Shown: piece by piece, positions 26,101 to 40,160 of the stretch
How the letters are laid out: each line of letters opens with the position of its first letter
Numbering within the stretch: position 1 is the stretch's first letter
NCBI GenBank assembly: GCA_904063045.1
Contig: CAJFCJ010000014.1
Coordinates: 1,547,643 to 1,611,642, forward strand
Direction of reading: 5' to 3'
Origin: Dimorphilus gyrociliatus
Taxonomy: Eukaryota > Animalia > Annelida
Length of the DNA stretch: 64,000 bases
Program-made: the position numbers and the translations under genes
The notes under the pieces: model-generated
Told to the model about the DNA's origin: nothing
The model's database searches: none
The model's input: only the letters and a program-made list of their open reading frames with translations

Positions 26101-27264
26101 CTGCTGAACATTTACAGGTATACAAATATCAAAAAGAGCCAAGAGAATATATTGTAATATTGATACGAGCTGCCCCAAGAGATCAAAGTAAATGTGAAAT
26201 TGATTGATAAAAACCGTTATTTCTTGCAACAGGTCGTTAATTACGGTATTGGTGGTCATTACGAACCTCATTTCGACTTTGCCAGGGTAAGAATAGGCAT
26301 AAATTGCATTGAAAAAGGAAAAAGAAAAAAAGAATCAAGAAAAAGAGCAAGAGATAGAGAGAAAATGAGGGATACAGAGACGGGATAAAATGTTAAAGAA
26401 ATATGTATCTTTTTAAATCTTTTCGTCTCTTATTCATTCTCTCTCTCTTTCTCTCAGAATATGATAATTAAATGATCATAGTCAACTTTTAAAGCGATAT
26501 TTTCCTTTGTTTTTTAAAGAAAGTATCGTTCTTAAATAGTTTTCTACTGCACACATCATTTTTTGCAGAAGAGAGAAATAAATACGTTCGAATCATGGCG
26601 TGGTAATCGAATAGCCACTGTCATATTTTATGTAAGTGTCAAAACTCTTCTCCTTTTCTTTGAGGAAAAAAAACAAAAGGAGAAACGGGAAGACGCAAAA
26701 ATGGTGTTGCAGTAGGCCTAAAAGCCTAATAACATGTTTTAGGGTTGATATTTTGCGACTTCTTGTTTTTTTTTTGTTTTTTTTGTTATTTATAGAGAGA
26801 AAATCCAACTGAACTAGAAAAGGCCTGGGGTACAAGGATTGCTACAGCCATTTTCTATGTAAGTCATAGAGCTGGAACAATCGATTTGAGACTTGAATAG
26901 GAAGATTTTTTTTTTTAGTTTTCCGAAGAGATTGAACAACACCTATTTATCTAGCTATTTATTTCCCATAAAGATTATCTTACAATCCTTCGTCAATAAT
27001 TGATTTTTCCTTGAAAACTATTTGCAGATGACTGACGTCGAAGCGGGCGGTGTAACGGCGTTCCCGAACCTGGGCGTTAAATTATATCCAGAGGCTCGAT
27101 CGTGTGCTGTCTGGTACAATCTCATGAAAAGTACAGAGGGCGATTATCGAACCAGACACGCCGGATGTCCGGTTCTGACTGGATCGAAATGGGTGGCGAA
27201 CAAATGGATACACGAAAGAGGTCAAGAGTTCACAAGACCGTGTTCCTTGAAACCGGAAGAATAG
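23197..27264 (+). CDS. Collagen prolyl 4-hydroxylase alpha subunit with three duplicated alternative exon pairs
   Basis: Signal peptide then EMFTALVHME, NPVSAFLLVKR, DLDGAAVALLRLQDTY, DCFQLG, ILDYLAYS, YEALCRGE, YF.LRPLKEE, NYGIGGHYEPHFD, RIAT, RHAGCPVL.GSKWVANKWIHERGQEF. Confidence 0.97.
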
Positions 27265-27752
27265 TAGAAATTATAGTCATTTAAATTTTAGATCGTTAAG
27301 AACTGAATTTTACTATGCAAGAAAATTGTTAATTTACACAAATTTTAATAAACGGTAGATGGCGCTAGCCTCGAAAGTAATTTATTTTCTAATTACGCGG
27401 TCAATCACAAGTCTAGATTGTAATAGTGTTGGACGCAGAGACACTTACGAGGCTTCAACGCTATCTTTGTAAACAGAGACGAGTTTTGTCTTTATCTCAA
27501 GGCATCATTCACTACTAGACGATCTGTCGTCAGTATAGACGGATATATCAGTAAAATAAATTTGACTTTATCATTAAAGACAAATAGCTTTTCTCTCCTA
27601 TTGTTCAGAAATTAATTCAATAACAAAAATTTTTTCCAAAAAGAAAAAAACATTTTAATAAATTATCATGTGAAACGGATCAGGGTAAAGTATCTGGCAA
27701 GTGGAGTAACAAAAGAGATAGAAGGAGTCGAATCATTTATCCACTCTCGTGG

Positions 27753-30700
27753 TCACCGTGGTCGAATTTTTTCGAAAGAGAATTGCGACGGTTGTTGCTG
27801 CAGGTGTCCGTCCTTAAGAAGGGCGAATGTTCGTTTCTTAATAAAATGAAAGTGGTACTTGGCAAATTGGTAAAATTCGTTTTCTAATTTCCAAATTGGA
27901 GAGTCTTGGAATTTATTGATAGTCTCCTCCGACACTGGAAGTTTATTGAAAGTTTTCCTAAGATGTGACTTTCGTCCCGTGCCGTATAAATGTGTTGCTC
28001 CTTTAAAAAATCTAGGCAAAACTGCTTCCAGCACAGCAACAAAATCATTCAATTCTTCCGTCAATCCGACAACGAGGTAATTATTGACTAAATTGTACTT
28101 TGCTTGTTCTAGAGCCCAATTGCTGCCTGGATACCAGCATTCTGCAGCATGGCCACAAAAGAAAGGTATCTGCATCCATAAGTTTTCTGGGTCACAGTCC
28201 TTTCCATCTTTCTCAGCGCATTCGTCAAAAGACTGAAAAGTAACAAAAATAAGAAATAACAATAGCTCTGAGAGCATTGTGTAAAAAAATCAATAATTTA
28301 CTTCTTTATTTCCCGATTTTCTTCTCTTTAAATGGGGCCGAAAGTCGTCACCATTCCGCAGAAAGTAATAATATGAAACCAATCTTTCCAACGGGTCCCT
28401 TATTATATTTATATAGATAGGCTTGATCAAACCCTCTCCTAACCTGCAAACAACACGAATTGCAATTTATAGTTAAATCCCTAAGGGCAGTAAAAAGCGA
28501 CGAACTTGGAAAAGTCTAAATAGGCAATGTGTCCATGATAAAGCGCCGGCTTTTTAGCAACCCATTTGCTTATATTTTGAGCGAAACGCATCTGAAACGA
28601 AATAAGGAAATGATGAAATCTCGTTAGTTCTTCTCGTCACTCATTTTCTCTTTTGCAGTCAATGCAAGTGAAAAAAATGCTAGCAAATGTCATACAGAGA
28701 ACTATAATTTAATGTCATTTCGGCGCGATTTACGGTAAAAACGTCGGATTTATGTCGAATTAATGCAAGGCACGAGGGTGCATGCGTAAAAAATGTTGCA
28801 GATGCCGAACACGATACGCGTTACCGTATAAATAAACACTCCAAAAAGTCGTATACTTAAGAGGGCTACATACCTGATCGGGAAGAGATAAAAGGTGTGA
28901 ATTCTTCGTCACGTTCAAATGAAGAACATTGAAGTGGTTTTTGAGGCATAAATCATAAGCAATTCCAGCGAATGAAGTTGAAGCAGTTTTTGGAACACGA
29001 TTATAAATAACAACCATTTCATCAGAATTCGGTGTCACTTCACCCGTATTCGCCCAAATTTCCTCATTCTGTTTTTTCGAATATTCTGATTAATAGACGG
29101 CTTAGCGGGGAAAAAATGGAAAGCTTTTAGGGCTTTACTGCCAAGTTGTTATAATAACGACTGAGAGAGCACATGCACTATGCCTATCGTTCTTCTCGGC
29201 AGTATATACCGCAATAAATCAATTAGTGACCCTCTCTATAAATCAACGACTAATGTAATGAAAGACTTACGCTGAGCGAGGCTTTCTTGAAACGTTCGGT
29301 TTCTAAACGCTGCACGACGAGTTCTGTAAAGAAGTGAAAAGGTTTTTTCAATAGCCAACGGCGAATTTTGAGGTTATGAAAACCGGTTAGTAGGAATAAA
29401 TCGTTAAAAGATGCTTTCTCGGGGAGTTGGCATGGCTAAATGCAAACATATTTGAAACGTTAAACGCGTATCGAAAACGTATTTGTACACCAGCTAACAA
29501 AAAAGGGCGATCGATTGGAAATCGACCGTAAAAACCGAGCAAACTCTACATTCGGAACGTAATTGAAAAATCTGCTTATTCCTGATTATCGCGAAAGCAA
29601 TTAATCGATAAACATCAATCTTTACCATCAAAGAAGATCAGAGGAACACGCGAAACTCAGCAATATTGCCCCTCGCCTTGCACTTTTCACCTTCCTCTAA
29701 GTTTTACAGTCAGATTTTTCGGACGTCTACAGCGTCTTACACCACCCTACATCACGCCAGATGCCGATTTAATAAACCCAATTAAAGAACCTTGCGACTG
29801 CAAATTTCTCGATTAAATTAACGTTTGAGAGTCTGGTCTGGTTTTTCAACGCGTGAAAAGGCTATCGACTAACGCCGTCGATAATCTACAAACACGTATT
29901 GTTTGCCCAGGCTCACGTATAGCCGTTCGCTGACAAACTAGACTATCGATTGTTTACTTATGTTTTCAAAGATGCAACACGGCAGTCAATTGAAAGAAAA
30001 AACATTAGAGCTATGCGTCAACAGTAATTTCTCGATTGAGTATAGATGAACTGTGATGAAATCTAATTAGACAAGAATACAACACAAACGTGCAGCACTT
30101 TATTTATTTCCTCCTAACCGCGAAAATATTTTAGCATCAATAACGATCTCGATGACACGGTGCGCAACCGTTACGCTTTAACGAAGACGCTTTCACTGCA
30201 AAGAAAAAAAGGGGGCCGTCCTCGACGCTGTAATTAGCTTCTTAATCGTTTTTCGTCTAACGAAGAAATTGCAGACGCGACCTTTTCGCTGACTAGACTA
30301 CGCCCACTAATCACTGAGATTTGCAGAAGGCGCAATCCTTGGAATACTCCTCTAATAAATACACTATCCTTATAAAATATTCAATACAGAGGAGACCGGA
30401 AATGGAAAAACACGAGTTTTTTTCATCAAACACGTGAAAAAAATCTGGCCGGCAGTTTGTTCGACTATTTCAAAAGGCACGCGCGCCTAAATAAATACAC
30501 TCATCTCCAAACAATGTAAACGAATTAAAGATTCATCGACAACAGCCTTTCAAGTGCGCCCCTATTCACTTTGGACTAATCGAAAAACTAGAAGTGGGAG
30601 AAAGTGGGAAGAAACGTTTTATTTCTTATTCACCCACTTTACCCTTAACCGCCCCGCTGACTCCTCTCACTATCTTCCACACATTGGCACTTCCTGGGGT

Positions 30701-31807
30701 TTTTTGCAGAAAGATTTGAAAAGAAAGACTAGATGAGATTATGCGTGCGACTGTACGAAATTTGCATACGAAATTAATTGAATCGCGTTCGCACAGATAG
30801 AACTTCTTCGTACGAATGTCAATTATGCAGAAACGTATACAACACTCACTCTCGAACGTGTATACACGCTGTTATACCAGATTATCAACTACCATTCATC
30901 TTCATTTACATTCCATTCTATCGTTCATTCATAATTCGTAATCTCGTGACTACGGTCATGGAGTATGATACACAATATCAAGCAAATGTTAGACGCAATA
31001 TATGTTTGTCTACACTTCCCGATTATAGTTCGAAAAGAACGCAAACAAAGTTATCAGATAAAAGTCTGTGAGAGGTCGGATTTTAACTGTGGTTTCCCGC
31101 AGTAAAATAGGAAAAAAATAAAGGGCTCTCTGTATTCACTCAGACAGAACAACCTTTTTTTCCCTCAAAGCGAACGACCTGGAGATATAACAATAATGTT
31201 GGATTGAGAAAGAACAGATGCAACGCTCCAAATTCCTTAAATGTTCGACGAAGTGAACACCGTAGTAACAGGAATTGACACGCGCGTAAACAATAGAAAT
31301 CCGCGATAAGCGCGAAACAATCAACCTTCTTATTCTACGACGTTTCCTATAGGGCGCCCGCCCTGTTTCCGGCGTCACTTTGAGTACAATTGTGACTTTC
31401 TTTTACTCCCCTATCAACTACCTATTATGAGTTCAGGCGATAATGTTCGATTTTTATGCGTATCGTGTATGCGCCTTAAAAAGGGAGCGTTTCTCTAACT
31501 TTTTCCTAACTATACTGCCCGTAGGCAGAGCACATTGACGAGTTAATTTTTACGGGTTTTCACATACTGTTCGCTTTTACACCTGTTCTAAATGATAAAG
31601 AACAGGTTTGCGAAACGTGATCTATTCGGAAAAGTGAACATTTAACGGCCTGCGAACAGAGCTGGGTACTTAAACAATGTACGTACCTAAATTTACTCTC
31701 GATTTGTCCAGTCGATTTATTTCCGATTGAATATAAAGAAGCATTATAATGACTATTGGCAGAAGAAATGAAGATAGCAGCCATTGCTTTAATGGAAATC
31801 TTGTCAT
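27753..31807 (-). CDS. HS2ST1: Heparan sulfate 2-O-sulfotransferase
   Basis: Exon 1 (31807-31687) encodes a type II TM anchor [33 protein letters not shown]. Downstream exons encode [57 protein letters not shown]. Confidence 0.95.
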
Positions 31808-32209
31808 ATTTTCCAGTTTCGTTTTTACATCACTATAACTATAATTCGGTTTTAAATTAAATTATCAAGGGTCTTCTTCATGATTCATGGAAGGCAAATA
31901 ATAATAAAAGAGTTCTTAAACAGTTTATCAAAAATTTTCTATTATTCAAATATATAGAGTCAAAGTCTTTTCCTATGTTGTCCGAACTGTCTCACTCTTC
32001 CTCAAATACTGACTGACTGGATAGTTGTTTTATGGCCTTGACCTTGGGCCCCACACATCGAACATATTTTCTCGCGTATAATGATAAAATCATTTTAGAA
32101 TTTGATATTTACACCATCTTTTAATAATAAACAATTTTTTTCACAAACGTTTTAGTTAAAGTATTTTAACTATTTTACTTTATTTCGAAATAAATTGGGA
32201 AAATTGAAA

Positions 32210-35200
32210 ATGGCGACGACCGGTGGCGCAAATATGAGTGAGAAAAAGTATGTATACTTTCCCTGATACAAGATATATTTTTCAATTAATCAGGGAAAAA
32301 TGATCAAAATTTTAGAATTCTATATATATATGTTAAAAAGTCGATGATTTTCTTTTGCAGTGGATATTTAATTGTCTAACAGTATAATATAAACCTTTTA
32401 TCGCTCTTTCCTTAAACCATTATTGACAATGTTTTAAAAATCTTATTCATTTATCATTACAGAATGTCACTTAGAGACTTGTGGCACTGTTTAGCAAACC
32501 CTGATAAAGTGTCTCAGGTATGTAGTTGAAAATTGGATCAAAGTTAATAGAATTTAGTCAATATGAACGTTGCAGGAGCATTTACGTGATCTCTTGAAGG
32601 CTAACAATAACGATTTGTTAAACGGTCTCTTGAAGTATTCAAATGAGAGGTATTTCTCACGAAGTTCGTTAAATAAATCGTAATTAAACTTCCATTTATT
32701 CAGCCCTAATAGCATAAATGACTCTCTCAAGAAATTAAATGTCACTACTTCCAAAGAGATTGATTATTATAAGAAATTAAACAAATTTCTGGTTAGTTAA
32801 TTAGTAGTCTTTTTCGAATCATTTGCTTATAAATTAAAAATCCTATAGACACTAAACGTCACCGTATGTCACAAACTACACAAAGATTTTGTTAAATATG
32901 ATCTTCGCAACGGAGACGAAAATGAAGTTAGTCTTTACTTTCATTTCATTTCCATACCTCACTATGTATATATATTTTATCACTAAATTTTAGGATGATT
33001 TGCTGAGAGATGAGAGAAATGTTAAAATGCTTTTGTATGGAATCAGAGATTTTTATTATACGGAAAGATTACTGTTGTTGCAGTGTATAAAGCATCTTCT
33101 TCATATTTCTATGTGGCCCGATCAAAAAGCAAGTCAGGTAGCGTTGTGTACACATTTCTTCGAATATAATCTTCTAATATAAGAACAAAATTTCGATAGA
33201 AAATACAAAGTCTATTTGATGATACAGTAAAGCAAATGTGTAATAATAATTTGGCTGAGAAACTACTAGAACAATATAAGTTCATTAGCGGATCATCACC
33301 GCCAAATTTGGAAGAGAATGGATCATATATGGTAAATATCCAATAATATCTATCTGGCATTCAACAGAAATTACATTTTTATTCTAATTTTCTCATCTAG
33401 ACTGATCAAGAAATTAATTTATGGCAATTACAAAAATTCAGGGAACTTGAGAGTTTATTAGAGATTTTATTACTCTTTTATAAAAGTATGGAATTAACAC
33501 CAGCCTATTCGTTAAAATATCTCAAACATTTCAAAGTAAATCTATTTATATATTCCCTTAAAGAAATCATTCGCAATTAATAATTATTTTATATTTTCTC
33601 AAGGAGACTTTAGATTGGATGAGAAAATTCTCTAATGGTTATTTCTCTGATTATACAGAAAAAATTAGGTATTTAAAAAATGCTTTAATATTTAATAAGC
33701 TAAAAAAATAATTATCGACATTTCATATTGCAAAATTGTCATATTTTGCAGATTATTGCAAGTATGCATTATAATTGAGGGTTTCGATTTGGAATACTTA
33801 AAATCGTGTAAAGATACAAATGATACAACCAAGCATTCTTATATCACATGTTCCCAATTTCAAGTAAGAAAATTGTTATTTAATGATACCAATCCTTCTA
33901 TCTTATGTCTTTGACGACTTGTTAAGAATTTAACAAGAAATAAAACTAATATAAAATTATTGTCATAGGAAATTGAAAATGAAATAAAGATCTTGGGTTG
34001 TGATACTGGTGGAAGTCCATTGATGTTGTCTTGGGGTTTGGTAAAGTATTGTAAAAGCAATAATGAAGCGGACATAGAAATGTTTGGGGAAGCTGCAATT
34101 TCTATGAATATGTTTAAATATTTATCTCAAATGCTCTCTCTAAAAGAACTTTGCCATAAAACGGTTAGATTTTTAATTTTATACAATACATAGTAGTGCG
34201 ATTTGTATAATAAAATTATACGTATATATTGCTTATTTTCTATTCCTATTAAAATATAGAAAGTGAATTCCATAGTCAAGACAACATATTATGGAATGAT
34301 GCAGCTGTTATTAGATCTATTTGATGCAAGTGTCTTATCTGAAGACGAGGTTTGTTTGATATGTTATTTTGTTTTTATGATGGAATATTCTCAAGATACC
34401 CTTCTCTCTTCTCAACAGGAGGTCTACAATTTAATAGCAAATATACTAAGTGAACCAACTCTTAGCTCCATGTTCTGGGACCAAGTGAGTTTTATTAAGT
34501 TATTCTTATGTGATATGACTATTCCTCGAATATTGATAGGGTTTGGACAATGGTTTGGGATTGATTTTGAAAAGAGCAGCGACTAAATTTCCATCCAATT
34601 TTCTACCTTTTATGGAATTATCTATTGCATTAGCAAAAAGTAGTTCATTCAGCGCTCAAAATGTTAGTAATACATACAAATATATAAAGAAATATAGGAT
34701 TTATCTTCTATTCTTTTATTATCAGATTTTTGAATACATCAAACGATTGGATATTCTATCGATAAAATGTCCATCAAATGCGCTATTTGACTTGAAATCT
34801 AATGACTTTGGTCTGATAGCTACACTTCAAAAAGACTACTATCCCCTCGTTGATTTCTGTGTTGCCAAAAATACTAAGGGCATTTTGTATACGGGTAAAT
34901 ATTTGCTCTTAAAAGTCACTAGATTGTTTTGATAGGAGATTTGATTAAAACCCTTAGATAAAGAAACGGTTGAATGGTACCATAAATATAACGGATTTCA
35001 TTTATTTTCGTCAATGTTAAAGCAGCTATTAAATGGGAATAACGATGGTTGGTTGCTTTTGTTATAATTTATATATTTGAGTTTTATTTCTATAAAAGTT
35101 CACATACAAATTCTTTCATAGGAAACGCATTAGTGCATTTAAAGAATCTGTCTAAAATATACGAATTGGTTTCGTCTATCTCAAACTCTGATAGCAACGC

Positions 35201-38200
35201 GTTACCTTATCTACAACCCATAATTCAAAGCTGCTTTCCACTCCAAGAAGACTGCTTACAGTTTGGAGTTGATGGTTTATCTCTTGCTTCGGCTTGTTTT
35301 GATAACTTTATCGACGCTGAGACGATATTAAAAGTAATATTACAATATTTACATAAAGCTTTAAGATAACTGATGAATTATTTAGGCTTGGACTGAATTG
35401 ACAAAATGTAATTTTCTACCACTTCCACACCGTCTTAATCAAACTATCTCTGACATTGTGGCGGAAAGCAGTGGGAAATTATGTACCTTAACAGAGATCG
35501 TCCACGCAGAGTGTGGTTTGTTAGAGTATAGAGTTGTTAAGAGCTGTTTAAATTATGTCATCAAACTAATTCCGCACCTGGCTGATCATAATCGACTTGA
35601 CGAGTTAATTTCACTTGTTGTATTCATCTTAAATAATATATTCACTGTCTACGTTGGCTGGAGCTATTCAGAAAATTCTGAAAAGGAAACTATTGGAATA
35701 TATTGTTTACAAATCTTTCATAAAATCCTTAATATATTCTCTGATCCCACTGAGTAAGCATTCTTATCTGTTTAATTATTTATATTTAAGTAAATGTCGT
35801 TTAAATAGAGAAAGGCAACAAATTTGCGAAGTATTGTTATACTGCTTGCTGCACTCGAAAGCGGGATTCATCCTTTTAGAACTAATTGGTACCGGTAGTT
35901 CTACCATCAATGCAGCTCTTGTTCAACAGGGAAGGTACATATTAAATATTCTTTTATACTATGTTGAGGCAGATTTCATTAAATTCCATTGCTATTTTTA
36001 GTATAACTGATGGACAAGGAACAAAATTGGTGGAAGTAGTAACAAGAGCCTGCTCATTATTAAATATACTTCTTCTTCTCAGGCCAAACAATGGGGAAGT
36101 GTCTCCCATTGAAACAACACTATGCTCGAAGACAAGTACAAGGTTAAAATAGGTTACAGTTGACAATATCAAATTGCTAACATGCCACTTTCGACAAATT
36201 TCAGATGGAGACATAAGCACGAGGAGCATGTAGTGAGGGTCATTGCGGAGTATGTACTTATTGAATATGATCAAAGATTACCACGGCTTGCTGTTATGCT
36301 ATTAAAAAAACTTGCAAGAGTCCTAAATATATCTATCCTCTCCTGTTTTGAACCATCAGCAAATTTCATACGAGATGTTTATTTCGATCGTTTGAAGTCT
36401 AGAGATCAGGTAATAATTTATACAAATGTCCCCGGCATAATTTACTATTTATTAAATGAAATACAATAATGGAATATCATAACAGCCTTTGGCTATAAAA
36501 GTTGCAATATTGGAATTTCTATCGGCGTGTACAGAATCTCAACCAGGATTGATCGAATTATTTATGAATATAACACATCCTGTTACGCAGGCGGTTTGTA
36601 TTAATCATTTTGTTAATTAGAAAGATATTTTCATTTTTATCTTCTCGTTAGAAGGCTAGTGCAAATAAGGATAGTTGTCTTGATATAACATTAAAGATGA
36701 TAGACGAAAATATTCAAAGAACTGAAGCTTGTCCTTCCGATTTATTGTGTGCGGCTATGCAATTTATTCATTCACTATGGGCATCTAGAAAGGATGCTGC
36801 AATGAATTATCTTTGTTCCAAGTAGGCATTCTAATTTAGACAATTGCAGACGCATCCTGTATATTTATTATGTAACCTTTTTATTAAATTTATAGGCCAA
36901 ATTTCTGGAAGTGCGTTTGTTCTTTGTTGCTACAGAATTTATCTGAAATAGAACTGAAAACCGAACTAAGGGTATTTATAAATATATATTTATTTCTATT
37001 TATTTTAATTAATTCGATTAATTATATAATAATTAAATATATTCATAAATAACTCTATATAGTTAGTTAATAAATGTATGAATTTACAGACTAAATCGTT
37101 TTCTGTTCGAGCATCGTCGTTTATATTTAGTATATTAGCTGAGGAGTTGTACGGAGTTGAAAAAGATGATGAAAAATTAAAGGAAGTATTGAATGTTCTC
37201 GTATCCGAATCCCGTTTTGAACATTGGTCGGAAGTAAGAGATTTTTACTTAAGAGCTTGATCGACATTTTATTAATTACGTTGTCTAAAACAAATTTGTA
37301 GTTTCTCACGCAATCTTTGTGTGAAATTGATATTGAAAAAATACATAAAGAATCGTCTTACGAAGCAAATGTTTTCCAATTATTACTGGGCTGGAAGAAA
37401 TTTGTCTACGTTATTTCTGGTAATAGAGTAAGTAGAAATATCATTGTTTTTTTAGTAAACGATAACATTATTCCTATTATTCCTATAAATACGCATTTTG
37501 TATTTCGCAGCCTGACGTTTTAAGACTGGAGGGTAAAGTACGTGAAAAAATTGTCATACATTTATTGACTCTATTAGAGAAATTGTTGGATAATGGGTCT
37601 TCCGAAAATAAATCTTATAATAAGATAGCAAGCGTTACGTCTTCTATAATACTGGTTTTACTCCGCCATTGGAGTGACTGCTTGGAAAAATGGAAGTTCA
37701 TTATGACAAAAATGAAGACTTTATTGAGTTCAAGTCTTCATTTCCGTCCATCTGTTCAAATCGGAACTGTGACAAGCACGCTAATATGCCTTCAAGAGCT
37801 CTTAAGACGAGGAGGAATAGGTTAATATTAAAAAAATAAAAGAAATTGAAAGTTTACTACGTAAGCTCTTCTCAATTGTTTTTTTACACAGAAAGCTTAG
37901 AAGAAAAGTCTTTACTTAATATACTAGAAATATTATGCCGATATATTAAAGAAATTTCTCATCTAAACATTGAAAGCTCCAACGAAGTTAAAGTCTGTTT
38001 TTACATATGCTAATATACAGTATTTGTTGAAACTGACTGTTTATGATATGACATTTTTTTAGGTTCAAGTTTCCGTTTTATACGCAATAAATGACGGGGT
38101 TTCTTTAATGAAAAGCGAGTTCCCAGATAATTTCCTATGGTTTTCTAATATGAAGAAATATAGCGTTTTCGAAATAATCATTTCTAGTCTTAGTTATGTC

Positions 38201-40160
38201 ATTCAGGTAAGTAAATTAATATAACATATTTTGTTTGGAAATTCTGTAAAATAAGTTTTTTTTTCTTTTTCTCAGAATCGATGCGCTTACGATTACGTTA
38301 GTGCTTCGTTACTTTTCTTATTAAACCTTACAATGTCATCGGAAGTATGTTTATTTATTCAGTCATATTTTATGATATTTGATGTATATACATAAAGACG
38401 ACAATATATTTAATAGTTTTATTCTATTTGATTTAATTATACAGGTTGCTTTATGCATAAGTTCGGCCGGTTTTACACAACATTTATGCTTGAAAACAAA
38501 ATATTTATATTCAAAAGAAAATGGTGAATTCGAATGGAGTGAAGCTATATCAAACGAAAATTCTGTAAGTAGGAAATCGTAAAATAAATATATCAATTAA
38601 TTGAGTATAAATAATTCCTTATCTGTTATTTTATTATACTTTTAGATATTGACGCGTAAAAGTGGCAGTTGGTCTTCGCTTTTCATAAATATTCTAAAAA
38701 TAGTTAGGAATTTATTAGAAACAAGGCGTTTATTTTTTGTCGATGACGCCTTCAATTTCGCCGGTGTTCACGATGATAGAATTTTAGCGGTGAGAATATT
38801 TCACTTTATGTTCTATTTTTAGCAAATTAATTGAATTTCAATATATTTCAGACTATGCAAAGGTTTCGCGAACAGTGTTCGATAGCCTGTTTACCGGAAA
38901 TTGAGGCTTCCAGTGCTTTTATATCTCAATTATCCTTCCATTCAGTCGATTGGAGAACGCAATTACCAAATGTGATGAATAAGTTGATGGTCCGTTTATT
39001 ATCTTTCAGACCCTTTTAATTTATTATAAAGATAATTGTGACGTTTCTTTTTTCCTTAAATAGAAAGAAATAATGCACCTTAGCGAATTTTGCGTTGCTT
39101 TGGTGGTTAAACCGAAATTCTTGCAAACTTGCATTAATGTAAGATATTCCCCATGTGATTTTAAATAACAAACGACTAATTAAACGCTTGTAATACTAAT
39201 TACTTTACAGAAACAAATGGAAAACGATCCAAATACAAAAATAAAAGAAACTAAAAAAGCTATGAGAAGAGCTTTTAGGAGAATATCTTCAATTTCTGCC
39301 TCGTCTGATGATTGTGACGCCCCATCTAGAGAGCTTGCAGTTACACAATACAAGTATACAACAGCCTTTATTGTTATATAATCGATAGAATTCTTTTAAC
39401 GGTTTTTTTTCTCTCTTGTTTTCTCCCATTGTTATATAGGTTATATAAGATTATTGCTCATTGTTTACTGGCCTTAAGAAATTTTTCACCAAATCTTCAA
39501 GATGGAATATTTGATCAAGTTATAGATCTCTCCGATTACGAACCACTATTACTTTTGGTGTTTAGTACACCTTCCTTAGATGAAATGTCGGCTACACCAT
39601 CGTTCGGCACGCTAATTACCATAACAAATGCTTGTTTACGGCTTTTTAGTAAATTGGAACCCCGTCAATCGTCGCCAGCTAAATCCCCTGTATCTTATCA
39701 AGATTTTGCTCCCTTAACAAAGTAAAAACGTTAATTTTTAAGGTGATGTGATGGAGTATCTTTTGTTTCTTTTTTTCTTCCTAACAGATCACTTTTAATG
39801 AATGTTCTTGAAAATTCATTATACTTGCTAATGTCACAGGCAGTACTATTTTTGAGACAGGATTATTTAACTTCTAGAGATAAACAATTACTTAAAAGAG
39901 AGCTAAACGCCGAAGTTGTAAGTGGAATTAATATTGAATATCATACAACACGTTTTATTATTAATTTTCTTTCTCAAATGCAGACATCAATTTTATCAAG
40001 TTTACAAAGAATTTTTAGACGTGTTCCCGGTTCGGTCTCTCCGTCGAATAGTCGAAGATATAGCGGTTCACCGTTACAAAATCAAGTCCGATCTAAGTGG
40101 TCAATTGACCAAGGCCTATTTAAATTAGTTGAAAACTTTGCCACAACTATCTTAGCTTAA
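32210..40160 (+). CDS. NUP188: Nucleoporin NUP188 (many short exons)
   Basis: N-terminal SLRDLW, LRDERN...DFYYTER..LLQCIKHLL, YDQRLPRLAV.LLKKLA; C-terminal FSTPSLD...PSFGTL, ENSLYLLMSQA, RDKQLLKREL..E, all collinear with recalled NUP188 motifs. Not every exon boundary was checked. Confidence 0.88.

Noticed and set aside
28638-28660. Candidate 9-nt microexon with upstream TGC motifs in an HS2ST intron
   Set aside because: It would encode an in-frame stop, has a weak donor, and leaves a very short downstream intron.
30054-30150. GTGATGA box C-like motif in HS2ST intron 1
   Set aside because: No box D (CTGA) or terminal stem at a suitable distance.
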